A stretch of DNA of 32,000 nt from Ectothiorhodospiraceae bacterium (GTDB lineage Bacteria > Pseudomonadota > Gammaproteobacteria > Nitrococcales > AK92): positions 9,976-41,975 of the forward strand of contig JAJUGG010000003.1 of assembly GCA_029268285.1 (NCBI GenBank), given 5' to 3'. Below, piece by piece: positions 1-7,938 of this stretch. How positions within the stretch are numbered: position 1 is the stretch's first letter; every line of letters starts with the position of its first letter. A model generated the notes under the pieces. It saw only the letters and a list, made by a program, of their open reading frames with translations. It had not been told where the DNA came from and did not search any database. The translations under genes were made by a program, and so were the position numbers.

Positions 1-1
1 C

Positions 2-226
2 GCCTTGTTGCTGTTGACGGTACCGCTGGTATTCGGCTCGGTGCGTTCGGCCGGTGCCGGGCAGCGCATCTTCCTTGGCGTGTTGATCGGCATCGTGTTC
101 CTGCTCTTCAACCGGCTGCTCAACCACGCCGGCTTGGTATACGGCTTGCCGCCGGCGTTGAGCGCGCTGCTTCCCAGCATGCTGTTCGGGCTGATTGGCC
201 TATGGGGCGTGGCGCGGGTGAGGTAA
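2..226 (+). CDS. lptG: LPS export ABC transporter permease LptG, C-terminal fragment (5' end outside window)
   Basis: Open frame from the window edge; ...RIFLGVLIGIVFLLFNRLLNHAGLVYGLPPALSALLPSMLFGLIGLWGVARVR resembles the last transmembrane segments of LptG. Confidence 0.8.
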   Translation, partial: ALLLLTVPLVFGSVRSAGAGQRIFLGVLIGIVFLLFNRLLNHAGLVYGLPPALSALLPSMLFGLIGLWGVARVR

Positions 227-318
227 GCCCAGTGTAGAGCCTAGTGCGCCGGGCGGCAGCTAGGCCATGAACGCTCCGCGGCGGCTTGCACAGGCCGCTG
301 GGGTTAGGCTCTCGATCA

Positions 319-327
319 CCCCCCCCC
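319..327. repeat. Homopolymeric C tract (9 nt)
   Basis: gatcaCCCCCCCCCtcc read directly. Confidence 0.9.
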
Positions 328-338
328 TCCAAGACCGC

Positions 339-371
339 CGCGCCGCGCAGAAGAAAGCGGGGCGCGGCGCG
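339..371. terminator. GC-rich inverted repeat in the convergent lptG/RDD gap, possible weak bidirectional terminator
   Basis: cgcgccgcgc (339-348) / gcgcggcgcg (362-371), 10 bp perfect, 13-nt loop; no clear T-tract. Confidence 0.35.
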
Positions 372-442
372 AGCATGCGCTCGTTCGCCACAGAAGAACT
401 GCGATCCGCATCATCACATTGATAGCGCTGATGCCGAAAGCC

Positions 443-895
443 TTAGCGCCGTTTCGGTTCGTGCAGCAGAACGGTGTCGGAGTAGATATCGTGCCAGGTG
501 CGTTTCTGGCCGTCGAAAAAGGACCATAAAAAGCCGACGCCCAGCACCGCCCAGGAAAGGATGGCAATGAAGAAGCGGGTGCTTGCCGAGAGCAGGCGCG
601 GCGGCGTGCCGTCGTTGCTGCGCACGCGCAGGCGCCAGGCGCGCATGCCGATGGTTTGGCCGCCGCGTATCCAGGACAATACGAAATAAGCATAGGCGGC
701 AATGAATAGGGTGGTTTGGTAGAGCGGGTAGTACCAGTGGCCGCTGCTCAAGGCCTCGCCGCCGGTAACAGGCAGCCACAGCGCAGTGATCAGCATCCAC
801 AACGCCAACAGGATGAGTGCATCGTAAAAGCTGGAAAACAGGCGGCGGAACAAGCCGGCGGGGCGAGCTGCGACGGTGGACTCGGCGGTCTCCAT
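443..895 (-). CDS. RDD family membrane protein
   Basis: 150 aa; RLFSSFYDALILLALWM...QTIGMRAWRLRV...RTWHDIYSDTVLL typical of RDD domain proteins. Confidence 0.85.
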   Translation of the reverse strand: METAESTVAARPAGLFRRLFSSFYDALILLALWMLITALWLPVTGGEALSSGHWYYPLYQTTLFIAAYAYFVLSWIRGGQTIGMRAWRLRVRSNDGTPPRLLSASTRFFIAILSWAVLGVGFLWSFFDGQKRTWHDIYSDTVLLHEPKRR

Positions 896-951
896 CGAAG
901 GCGGAAATCCTTTGGTCGAGAACTTGCGCGCTAAAGCGGCATCAAACAGGA

Positions 952-1027
952 TGGCGCTCCCACGGGGAATCGAACCCCGGTTTCCGCCTTGAGAGGGCGG
1001 CGTCCTGGACCGCTAGACGATGGGAGC
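952..1027 (-). tRNA. tRNA-Glu (anticodon CUC), CCA encoded
   Basis: Minus strand GCTCCCATCGTCTAGCGGTCCAGGACGCCGCCCTCTCAAGGCGGAAACCGGGGTTCGATTCCCCGTGGGAGCGCCA; 7-bp acceptor, anticodon loop CTCTCAA, T-loop GGTTCGATTCC. Confidence 0.97.
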
Positions 1028-1091
1028 GTGCAGGATCTATTGTTGCCGTTTTGCGCAAAGGCGATCTCTGCAATGCGCGTCAGGCGGTGCT

Positions 1092-1119
1092 ATTATACGC
1101 ACTCTTTTCTTATGCTCAA
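1092..1119 (-). promoter_or_regulatory. Predicted sigma-70-type promoter for tRNA-Glu
   Basis: Minus strand TTGAGC (1119-1114), 16-nt spacer, perfect TATAAT (1097-1092). Confidence 0.6.
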
Positions 1120-1128
1120 GTACTCATA

Positions 1129-2448
1129 GTGACGGACCAGCAAATACACCTTCCAGAACCGATCATCATCCCCCGTTCGGAGCACCGAATCTCGCGGGCG
1201 AATATCAGTGACAACGCTCTTAAGGTTTTATACCGGCTAAAGAACGCCGGCTACGAGGCCTACCTGGTCGGTGGAGGTGTGCGTGATCTATCCTTGGGGC
1301 GGGAGCCCAAGGATTTCGACGTGGCGACCGACGCACGTCCGGAGGACGTCAAGAACCTCTTTCGCAACTGTCGGTTGATCGGTCGCCGCTTTCGCCTCGC
1401 GCACGTCCATTTCGGGCCCGAGATCATCGAGGTGGCCACCTTCCGCGCTCTGCATGACGGCGGGGACGAGGGCGAGGAGCGCGTGATCGAGGACGGACGT
1501 ATTCTGCGCGACAACGTCTACGGTACCCTGGCCGAAGACGCCATGCGCCGCGATTTCACTATCAACGCCCTGTACTACAACATCGCGGACTTCTCCGTGG
1601 TGGACCATGCCGGCGGCATGGCCGATCTCGAGTCCGGCGAAATTCGTCTCATCGGCGACCCGCAAGTGCGCTTTCGCGAAGATCCGGTGCGCATGCTGCG
1701 CGCGGTGCGCTTCGCCGCCAAACTCGGGTTTCGCATCCACCCCGATACTGCGGATCCGATTCCGGAGATGGCCGAGTTGCTCGAGCATATTCCGGCTGCG
1801 CGGCTTTTCGATGAAATCCTCAAGTTGCTCATGGCCGGCGCCGGGGTGGAGACCTTCGAGCTGTTGCGTCACTACGGCCTGTTTGCACCCCTGTTCCCGC
1901 AGACCGAAGAAAGCCTACGCAATGAGCAGGACAGTACCAGCGGCATGTTCATCGCGCAGGCGTTGAAGAACACCGATGAGCGTATCGCCGAGGGCAAGCC
2001 CGTTACGCCGGCTTTCTTGTTCGCGGCCTTGTTATGGCCGGCGCTGCAGCAACGTCTGCGAGTGATGATGGAAGAGGGGCTGAGCGAGCCGCAAGCCTAT
2101 CAGGAGGCATCCCGCGAAGTGCTGGCCGAGCAGGTTCAGACCGTGGCCATTCCCAAGCGCTTCAGTATGCCTATGCGGGAAATCTGGACCTTGCAGCAGC
2201 GCTTCGAGCGCCGCAATGGGCGGCGCGCTCTGCGCATGGTCTCGCATCCGCGCTTCCGTGCCGCCTATGATTTTCTCCTCCTGCGTGCCCAAGTAGGCGA
2301 CGCTCCGGCCGACCTGGCCGAGTGGTGGCGTGAATTTTATGAGGGCTCGGAGGCGCAGCGTCAGCATATGGTGGATGACTCGTCGCCGCGGCGTCGCCGG
2401 CGCCGGCGCCGCCGGCGCAGCCCGAAGGCCAGCGAAAGCAGTGACTAA
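1129..2448 (+). CDS. pcnB: Poly(A) polymerase I
   Basis: ISDNALKVLYRLKNAGYEAYLVGGGVRDLSLGREPKDFDVATDARPEDVKNLFRNCRLIGRRFRLAHVHFGPEIIEVATFR; GTG start chosen at 1129 because the listed ORF start (817) reads across the tRNA. Confidence 0.95.
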   Translation: MTDQQIHLPEPIIIPRSEHRISRANISDNALKVLYRLKNAGYEAYLVGGGVRDLSLGREPKDFDVATDARPEDVKNLFRNCRLIGRRFRLAHVHFGPEIIEVATFRALHDGGDEGEERVIEDGRILRDNVYGTLAEDAMRRDFTINALYYNIADFSVVDHAGGMADLESGEIRLIGDPQVRFREDPVRMLRAVRFAAKLGFRIHPDTADPIPEMAELLEHIPAARLFDEILKLLMAGAGVETFELLRHYGLFAPLFPQTEESLRNEQDSTSGMFIAQALKNTDERIAEGKPVTPAFLFAALLWPALQQRLRVMMEEGLSEPQAYQEASREVLAEQVQTVAIPKRFSMPMREIWTLQQRFERRNGRRALRMVSHPRFRAAYDFLLLRAQVGDAPADLAEWWREFYEGSEAQRQHMVDDSSPRRRRRRRRRRSPKASESSD

Positions 2449-2941
2449 GCCCGTAGTCGTCGCTGTCGGCATCGGCAGCAACCTCGGGGAGCCGCTCGCG
2501 CAGGTGCGCATGGCGATCAGCGAACTCGCCAGTATCGAGGGCGTTACCTTGCGTGCGGTTTCCAGCCTGTATCGCAGCGCGCCGCTGGGCCCGCAGGACC
2601 AGCCTCATTATATAAATGCCGTGGCTTTGCTGGACTGTGTTCTCGAGCCGTTGGCGCTGCTGGATGCGCTGCAAGCCATCGAGAATGACCACGGGCGCGT
2701 GCGCCGGCAGCGCTGGGGCGCGCGGACCCTGGACTTGGACATTCTTCTCTGGGGGGAGGCTGTTCTGGACCTGCCCCGTCTTACGGTGCCGCATCCTGGG
2801 GTCCCCGAGCGCGCGTTTGTCTTGTATCCTCTGGCGGAACTCGATCCCGAGCTGGCCGTGCCCGGCCGAGGTCGGGTCGCCGAGCTCGTCGCTGCCTGCC
2901 CGGCGGACGACCTCAGCATCGTAGAGCCGCCACCACATTAA
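2441..2941 (+). CDS. folK: 2-amino-4-hydroxy-6-hydroxymethyldihydropteridine diphosphokinase
   Basis: VTKPVVVAVGIGSNLGEPLAQVRMAI...YINAVALLDC...RWGARTLDLDILLWGEAVLDLPRLTVPHPGVPERAFVLYPLAEL; GTG start overlaps pcnB stop by 8 nt. Confidence 0.95.
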   Translation: MTKPVVVAVGIGSNLGEPLAQVRMAISELASIEGVTLRAVSSLYRSAPLGPQDQPHYINAVALLDCVLEPLALLDALQAIENDHGRVRRQRWGARTLDLDILLWGEAVLDLPRLTVPHPGVPERAFVLYPLAELDPELAVPGRGRVAELVAACPADDLSIVEPPPH

Positions 2942-2951
2942 TTAAAAGAAT

Positions 2952-3596
2952 ATGCGCGAACTAAGGCACATTGTCGTCGAAGGTCCGATAGGCGTCGGCA
3001 AGACCACGTTGGCGCGCCGGCTGGCCGAGAGCCTCGGTGCGGATCTGATGCTGGAACGCGCGGATGAGAACCCATTTCTCGAGCGCTTTTATCAGGATCC
3101 ACGCGGCGCCGCGTTTCCGACTCAACTGTACTTTCTCATGCAGCGCGCAGAGCAGATGCGGGCGCTGCGCCAGTCCGATCTGTTTCAACCGCGCTGGGTT
3201 GCGGATTTCCTGTTCGACAAGGATCGCGTATTCGCCGAGCTGAATCTGGACGAGCAGGAACTGTCGCTCTACGACAAGGTGTATCGCGAGCTGGCGCTAG
3301 AGGCGCCGACGCCGGATCTGGTTATTTACCTTCAGGCGCCGGTGGATGTGCTGCTTCGGCGTATTGCCCAGCGCGGGTTGCCGTACGAGCAGGGCATCTC
3401 GGCGGACTACCTAAACCGCCTCTGTGAGGCGTATATTCAGCTTTTTTATCACTACGACCGTTCCCCGCTCTTGATCGTCAATTGCCGGGAGATCAACCTG
3501 GTGGACAGTGATCGGGATTACGAAATGCTGCTCGATCGCGTACGCTCCATCGGGAGCGGGCGGCACTACTTCAATCCCGCTCCGCTCGGTCTTTAG
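2952..3596 (+). CDS. Deoxynucleoside kinase family protein
   Basis: IVVEGPIGVGKTTLARRLAE P-loop, PTQLYFLMQRAEQ, QPRWVADFLFDKDRVFA...DLVIYLQAPVDVLLRRI; common folK/panB neighbour. Confidence 0.9.
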   Translation: MRELRHIVVEGPIGVGKTTLARRLAESLGADLMLERADENPFLERFYQDPRGAAFPTQLYFLMQRAEQMRALRQSDLFQPRWVADFLFDKDRVFAELNLDEQELSLYDKVYRELALEAPTPDLVIYLQAPVDVLLRRIAQRGLPYEQGISADYLNRLCEAYIQLFYHYDRSPLLIVNCREINLVDSDRDYEMLLDRVRSIGSGRHYFNPAPLGL

Positions 3597-3720
3597 AGAG
3601 CGTTCGAGTCATCCGGGCTCAAACCGCTTCCCTGTTGTCGCGGTAGGACGAGGTCAATCGGATAGGCTCCTGGGCCTTTCGGCCGAACGTATTGTGTCCC
3701 AAGCGTTGTAAGGATCTGCC

Positions 3721-4551
3721 ATGTACGGTTCCAAGCCGCAGGCGCAGCCGCCCAAGCCCGTTACGGTATCCCGGCTGCGCAAGATGAAACAGGAAGGCGA
3801 ACGTATTGCTTGCCTCACCGCGTACGACTACAGCTTCGCGGCATTGCTGGAGAATGCCGGCGTCGATGTCATGTTGATCGGCGATTCGCTAGGGATGGTG
3901 ATGCAGGGGCGGGAGACGACGTTGCCGGTGACGGTAGACGAGATCGTCTATCACACCCGCTGTGTCGCGGCAGCGCGTAAGCGCGCGTTAGTGATGGCTG
4001 ATATGCCTTTTCTCAGTTACATCGATGAGCGGGAAGCGCTGCTCAACGCAGGCCGCCTTATGCAAGAAGGCGGGGCTCACATGGTCAAGCTGGAAGGCAC
4101 CGGCGACCAAGCTCACATCATCGAGAGCCTGAGTCGCGCCGGCATTCCGGTCTGTGCTCATCTCGGGCTGCGTCCGCAGTACGTCCACAAGCTCGGCGGC
4201 TATTTGGTGCAGGGGCGGGAGGAGGCCGCTGCGCAGGCCATGGTCGATGATGCCAAGGCGTTGGAGGCGGCCGGCGCCGACCTCATGCTGCTCGAGTGCG
4301 TGCCGGCCGGGTTGGGGGAGCGCATCACTCGCGAGTTGGAGATCCCAGTCATCGGTATCGGTGCAGGGGCCGGCTGCGACGGGCAGATGCTGGTGCTGCA
4401 GGACATGCTGGGCATCACCCCCGGGAAAACGCCGAAGTTCACGCGCAATTTCATGACGGAAGGCCGAGGCAGCATCCGCGATGCGGTATCCGCTTATGTC
4501 GAAGAGGTCAAAGCCGGTACTTTCCCAGCGACGGAGCATTGTTTCCTGTGA
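3721..4551 (+). CDS. panB: 3-methyl-2-oxobutanoate hydroxymethyltransferase
   Basis: ERIACLTAYDYSFAALLENAGVDVMLIGDSLGMVMQGRETTLPVTVDEIVYHTRCVA; 276 aa. Confidence 0.97.
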   Translation: MYGSKPQAQPPKPVTVSRLRKMKQEGERIACLTAYDYSFAALLENAGVDVMLIGDSLGMVMQGRETTLPVTVDEIVYHTRCVAAARKRALVMADMPFLSYIDEREALLNAGRLMQEGGAHMVKLEGTGDQAHIIESLSRAGIPVCAHLGLRPQYVHKLGGYLVQGREEAAAQAMVDDAKALEAAGADLMLLECVPAGLGERITRELEIPVIGIGAGAGCDGQMLVLQDMLGITPGKTPKFTRNFMTEGRGSIRDAVSAYVEEVKAGTFPATEHCFL

Positions 4552-5408
4552 CGCAAGTAATCGATACCGTAGTAGCGCTGCGCGAGCAGGTTCGGGCATG
4601 GCGTTCTGCCGGCGAACTTGTAGGGCTGGTGCCGACCATGGGGAATTTGCATCGCGGCCACCTGAGCTTGGTCGAGGCGCTACAATCCCGCGTGCAGCGC
4701 GTAGTCGTCAGCGTGTTCGTCAACCCTACGCAGTTCGGGCCGGGCGAAGACTTCGACGCCTACCCGCGCACCCTGGAGGCCGATCGCGAGGCCCTGGCAT
4801 CGAAAGGGGTCGATGTGGTGTTCGCACCGCCGGTGCGTGAAATTTATCCCGATGGCCCGGAACTTCGTACCCGGGTTGATGTTCCAACGCTTTCGGATAT
4901 GCTATGCGGCGCTTCGCGGCCAGGACACTTCACCGGCGTGGCGACCGTGGTTTCGAAGCTGTTCAATATTGCGCAGCCCGATGTCGCTGCCTTCGGCAAG
5001 AAGGATTACCAGCAGCTCCTGGTGATTCGGCAAATGGTGCGAGACCTCCATTTCCCGCTTGAGCTGCTGCCGGTGGATACCTCGCGCGAGCCCGATGGGC
5101 TGGCGTTGAGTTCGCGGAACGCGTATCTCAGCGCCGAGGAGCGCACCCAGGCGCCGCTGTTGGCGCAGACGCTGCAGGGCGCGGTCAAGCGTCTGCAGTC
5201 CGGTGAGGCGGCGGCCCGCGTCGAGGCTTGGGGTCGCGAAACGCTGAACGCCGGCGGTTTTGAAACGGATTATTTCAGCGTGCGGCGACAGGCCGACCTG
5301 AAAGAACCACAGCACGGCGACAGGGAGTTGGTGGTGTTGGCTGCAGCCCGACTGGGTCGGGCGCGATTGATCGATAATGTGGAGTGTGCATTGAATCGCC
5401 CGCTTTGA
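4548..5408 (+). CDS. panC: Pantoate--beta-alanine ligase
   Basis: GLVPTMGNLHRGHLSLVEAL...SVFVNPTQFGPGEDFDAYPRTLEADREAL...FGKKDYQQLLVIRQMVRDL...SSRNAYLS; GTG start overlaps panB stop (GTGA). Confidence 0.95.
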   Translation: MTQVIDTVVALREQVRAWRSAGELVGLVPTMGNLHRGHLSLVEALQSRVQRVVVSVFVNPTQFGPGEDFDAYPRTLEADREALASKGVDVVFAPPVREIYPDGPELRTRVDVPTLSDMLCGASRPGHFTGVATVVSKLFNIAQPDVAAFGKKDYQQLLVIRQMVRDLHFPLELLPVDTSREPDGLALSSRNAYLSAEERTQAPLLAQTLQGAVKRLQSGEAAARVEAWGRETLNAGGFETDYFSVRRQADLKEPQHGDRELVVLAAARLGRARLIDNVECALNRPL

Positions 5409-5504
5409 CAGGCAATAATGTGCTGCTTTGCAGTATACGGACCGGTTAGGGGATGGAGATGCTCCTGCCCAGTCGTGGTGAACCAAGCTAACGGTAATTC
5501 GCTT

Positions 5505-5885
5505 ATGCACGTGACGATGCTGAAATGCAAGCTGCACCAGGCGCGGGTGACGCATACGGAGCTCGATTACGAGGGTTCGTGCGCGATCGATAGCGACCTC
5601 TTGGATGCTGCGGGCATACACGAGTACGAGCAGATCCATATCTACAATATCGCCAATGGTGAGCGCTTTACGACGTACGCGATTCGAGGAGAGGCGGGGT
5701 CCCGCATGATCTCGATGAACGGCGCCGCAGCGCACAAGGTCAACCATGGCGATCGGATTATCATCTGCGCCTACAGCCAAGTGCCGCAGGAAGAAGTCGC
5801 GGACCATCACCCGACTTTGGTCTACTGTGACGAGAACAACGACATCACCCATCGGCGGACCGCCGTACCTTTGCAGGTCGCGTGA
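5505..5885 (+). CDS. panD: Aspartate 1-decarboxylase
   Basis: [60 protein letters not shown]; contains the GSCAID self-cleavage region; 126 aa. Confidence 0.97.
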   Translation: MHVTMLKCKLHQARVTHTELDYEGSCAIDSDLLDAAGIHEYEQIHIYNIANGERFTTYAIRGEAGSRMISMNGAAAHKVNHGDRIIICAYSQVPQEEVADHHPTLVYCDENNDITHRRTAVPLQVA

Positions 5886-5889
5886 TGCT

Positions 5890-5928
5890 AAGCGGCGTCG
5901 CCTCTTTCGAGGGGCGACGCCGCTTTTC
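5890..5928 (+). terminator. Intrinsic terminator after panD, UUCG tetraloop
   Basis: aagcggcgtcgcctc-TTCG-... stem with right arm gaggggcgacgccgctttt; about 15-16 bp stem with U-rich end. Confidence 0.8.
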
Positions 5929-6241
5929 GTTTGCGGGGTCTGAAGTCTCCTTTCGGCTCGCATTTTTACCCCCATTATTTGCTAGTACTGTGGCCGGCGC
6001 GCATTAAGCCGCGGGTTGGGCTGGTTGTTCGGCAAGGCCGAACGTTGCTGCTGTAGAGCGCTCCGCCCTGTCTGGCTCCCAAAGTCTTGTTTGTCGTCAT
6101 TGACGGCATTCGCGCCGTCTCTCCCGCACGGGCATGCGCTCGGTTCGGCGGGTGGGGTATCTTATTCGCATACTGGCCACCGGCCGCGCGATTGCGCATG
6201 GCCGCCTGTCGCAGACTACGGACGGAGTGTGAAAAGCAATA

Positions 6242-7885
6242 ATGGCGGATGTGAAGCAAACCTCGACGTGGCTCAGCTTGCTCTCCCACCGGCGCCTGGT
6301 CGGCGGCTTAGTGCTGCGGGAACTCTTCGATAAGGATCCCCACCGCTTCCGGCGTTTTTCCCTGGAGCAGGAGGGCATTCTCTTCGACTACTCGAAGAAT
6401 TTAATCACTGAAGACACCGTGCGCTTGTTGCTCGATCTTGCGCGAGAGGCGGGCCTGGAAGACTGGCGCGCGCGTCTGTTTTCCGGCGAGCCGGTGAATC
6501 ACACCGAGCGCCGCGCAGCGCTGCACATGGCCCTGCGCGCACCGGATCAAGATTGGAAGGCTCAGGGCGAGTCGGTGAGCGAACAGGTGCGTACCATTCT
6601 CGCTCGCATGGAGCGCTTTGCCGAAGAAGTTCGCAGCGGCGCCTATCGCGGCTGCGGCGGCGAGAGCATTTCGGATGTGGTTCACATTGGCATCGGCGGC
6701 TCCGATCTCGGACCGCGTTTGGTGTTGGAAGCGCTGGCGTCTTTTGCCGATGGTCCGCAGGTGCATTTCGTCAGCAACGTCGACGGCGTGGAGTTGGAGC
6801 GGGCGCTCGCGCACTGCGACCCGCGCCGCACCCTATTCACCATCGTCTCCAAGAGCTTCGGCACTTTGGAGACCTTAAGTAATGCCGAAGCCGCACGGGC
6901 TTGGTTCCTAGACAGCGGTGCGGGAGAGGCTGAGATCGGCCGCCACTTCATCGCCATTACCGCCAACACCGAGCGGGCGGTGAAATTCGGTATCGACGCC
7001 GAGCAGATTCTGCCGATGTGGGATTGGGTCGGCGGGCGGTATTCGGTCTGGTCGGCCGTGGGGCTCCCGATCGCGCTGGCCTGCGGAATGGAGAATTTTC
7101 GGCGGCTGCTGGCCGGCGCGGCCGCCATGGATGCCCACTTTCGGGACGCGCCACTCGAGACCAACATGCCGGTGTTGCTGGCCATGCTGGGGCTCTGGCA
7201 CATCGATTTTATGGGCATTGGCGCGCACGCGGTGGTGCCGTACACCGAACGGCTCGCCACGCTGCCCCATTATCTCCAGCAACTTGAGATGGAGAGCAAC
7301 GGCAAGTCCGTGGATCGGGATGGGAATAGCGTGAGCTATCCGACGGCGCCGGTGATCTGGGGGCAGACCGGGACCGTCGGGCAGCATGCGTTTTTCCAGG
7401 CCCTGCATCAGGGTCCGCAGCCGGTGCCGGTGGATTTTATCGGCGTAGCCTCGCCCACGACGCGGTTCGACGACCATCATGACAAGCTGATGGCGAATCT
7501 GTTCGCGCAGGCTGAAGCGCTAATGCGAGGCCAGAGCGCGGACGAGGCTCGCGCTCTGATGGCGCGTCAGGGGCTGAAAGCCGGCGAGATCGAGCGCTTG
7601 TTGCCGTTTCGCGTGTTCCCCGGTAATCGCCCCAGTAACGTGCTGTTGCTGGATCGTCTGACGCCGGAGCGGCTGGGTGCGTTGATCGCGCTCTACGAGC
7701 ACAAGGTGTTTTGCCAGTCGGTCATCTGGCGTCTGAACGCGTTCGATCAATGGGGCGTGGAACTCGGCAAGCAACTCGCCGACAGCCTCCTGCCGGCGTT
7801 GCGCGAAGGCGATGGCTTGGACCAGCGCGACTCATCCACCCGTGGGTTGGTGGAGCACTACCGCGCTTGGCGGTCGCAAAGCTAA
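6242..7885 (+). CDS. pgi: Glucose-6-phosphate isomerase
   Basis: VVHIGIGGSDLGPRLV, SKSFGTLETLSNA, MWDWVGGRYSVWSAVGLPIA, NAFDQWGVELGK; 547 aa. Confidence 0.95.
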   Translation: MADVKQTSTWLSLLSHRRLVGGLVLRELFDKDPHRFRRFSLEQEGILFDYSKNLITEDTVRLLLDLAREAGLEDWRARLFSGEPVNHTERRAALHMALRAPDQDWKAQGESVSEQVRTILARMERFAEEVRSGAYRGCGGESISDVVHIGIGGSDLGPRLVLEALASFADGPQVHFVSNVDGVELERALAHCDPRRTLFTIVSKSFGTLETLSNAEAARAWFLDSGAGEAEIGRHFIAITANTERAVKFGIDAEQILPMWDWVGGRYSVWSAVGLPIALACGMENFRRLLAGAAAMDAHFRDAPLETNMPVLLAMLGLWHIDFMGIGAHAVVPYTERLATLPHYLQQLEMESNGKSVDRDGNSVSYPTAPVIWGQTGTVGQHAFFQALHQGPQPVPVDFIGVASPTTRFDDHHDKLMANLFAQAEALMRGQSADEARALMARQGLKAGEIERLLPFRVFPGNRPSNVLLLDRLTPERLGALIALYEHKVFCQSVIWRLNAFDQWGVELGKQLADSLLPALREGDGLDQRDSSTRGLVEHYRAWRSQS

Positions 7886-7912
7886 GGCGCTTGCTCCATA
7901 TCCGATAAGGGC

Positions 7913-7933
7913 GGAGCGGCTTCCCGCCGCTTC
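7913..7933. terminator. Short hairpin in the pgi/queG convergent gap, weak terminator candidate
   Basis: ggagcggc / gccgcttc, 8 bp with one G:T, 5-nt loop; no strong T-run. Confidence 0.35.
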
Positions 7934-7938
7934 CTTTG

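Noticed and set aside
817-1128. N-terminal extension of the pcnB ORF (543 aa in the ORF track)
   Set aside because: It reads antisense through tRNA-Glu and its promoter. Family similarity begins near the GTG at 1129.
5405-5439. TTGACA (5405-5410) with TATACG (5434-5439) as a panD promoter
   Set aside because: The spacer is 23 nt, and no acceptable -10 lies at 16-18 nt.
5418-5504. Upstream in-frame extension of panD ([13 protein letters not shown]...)
   Set aside because: PanD proteins start at the MxxxMLKxKxHxAxVT segment, and ATG 5505 fits exactly.
4902-5975. 357-aa minus-strand ORF across panC/panD
   Set aside because: It is antisense to two unambiguous genes, low-complexity and of no recognisable family. 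It looks like a typical high-GC shadow ORF.
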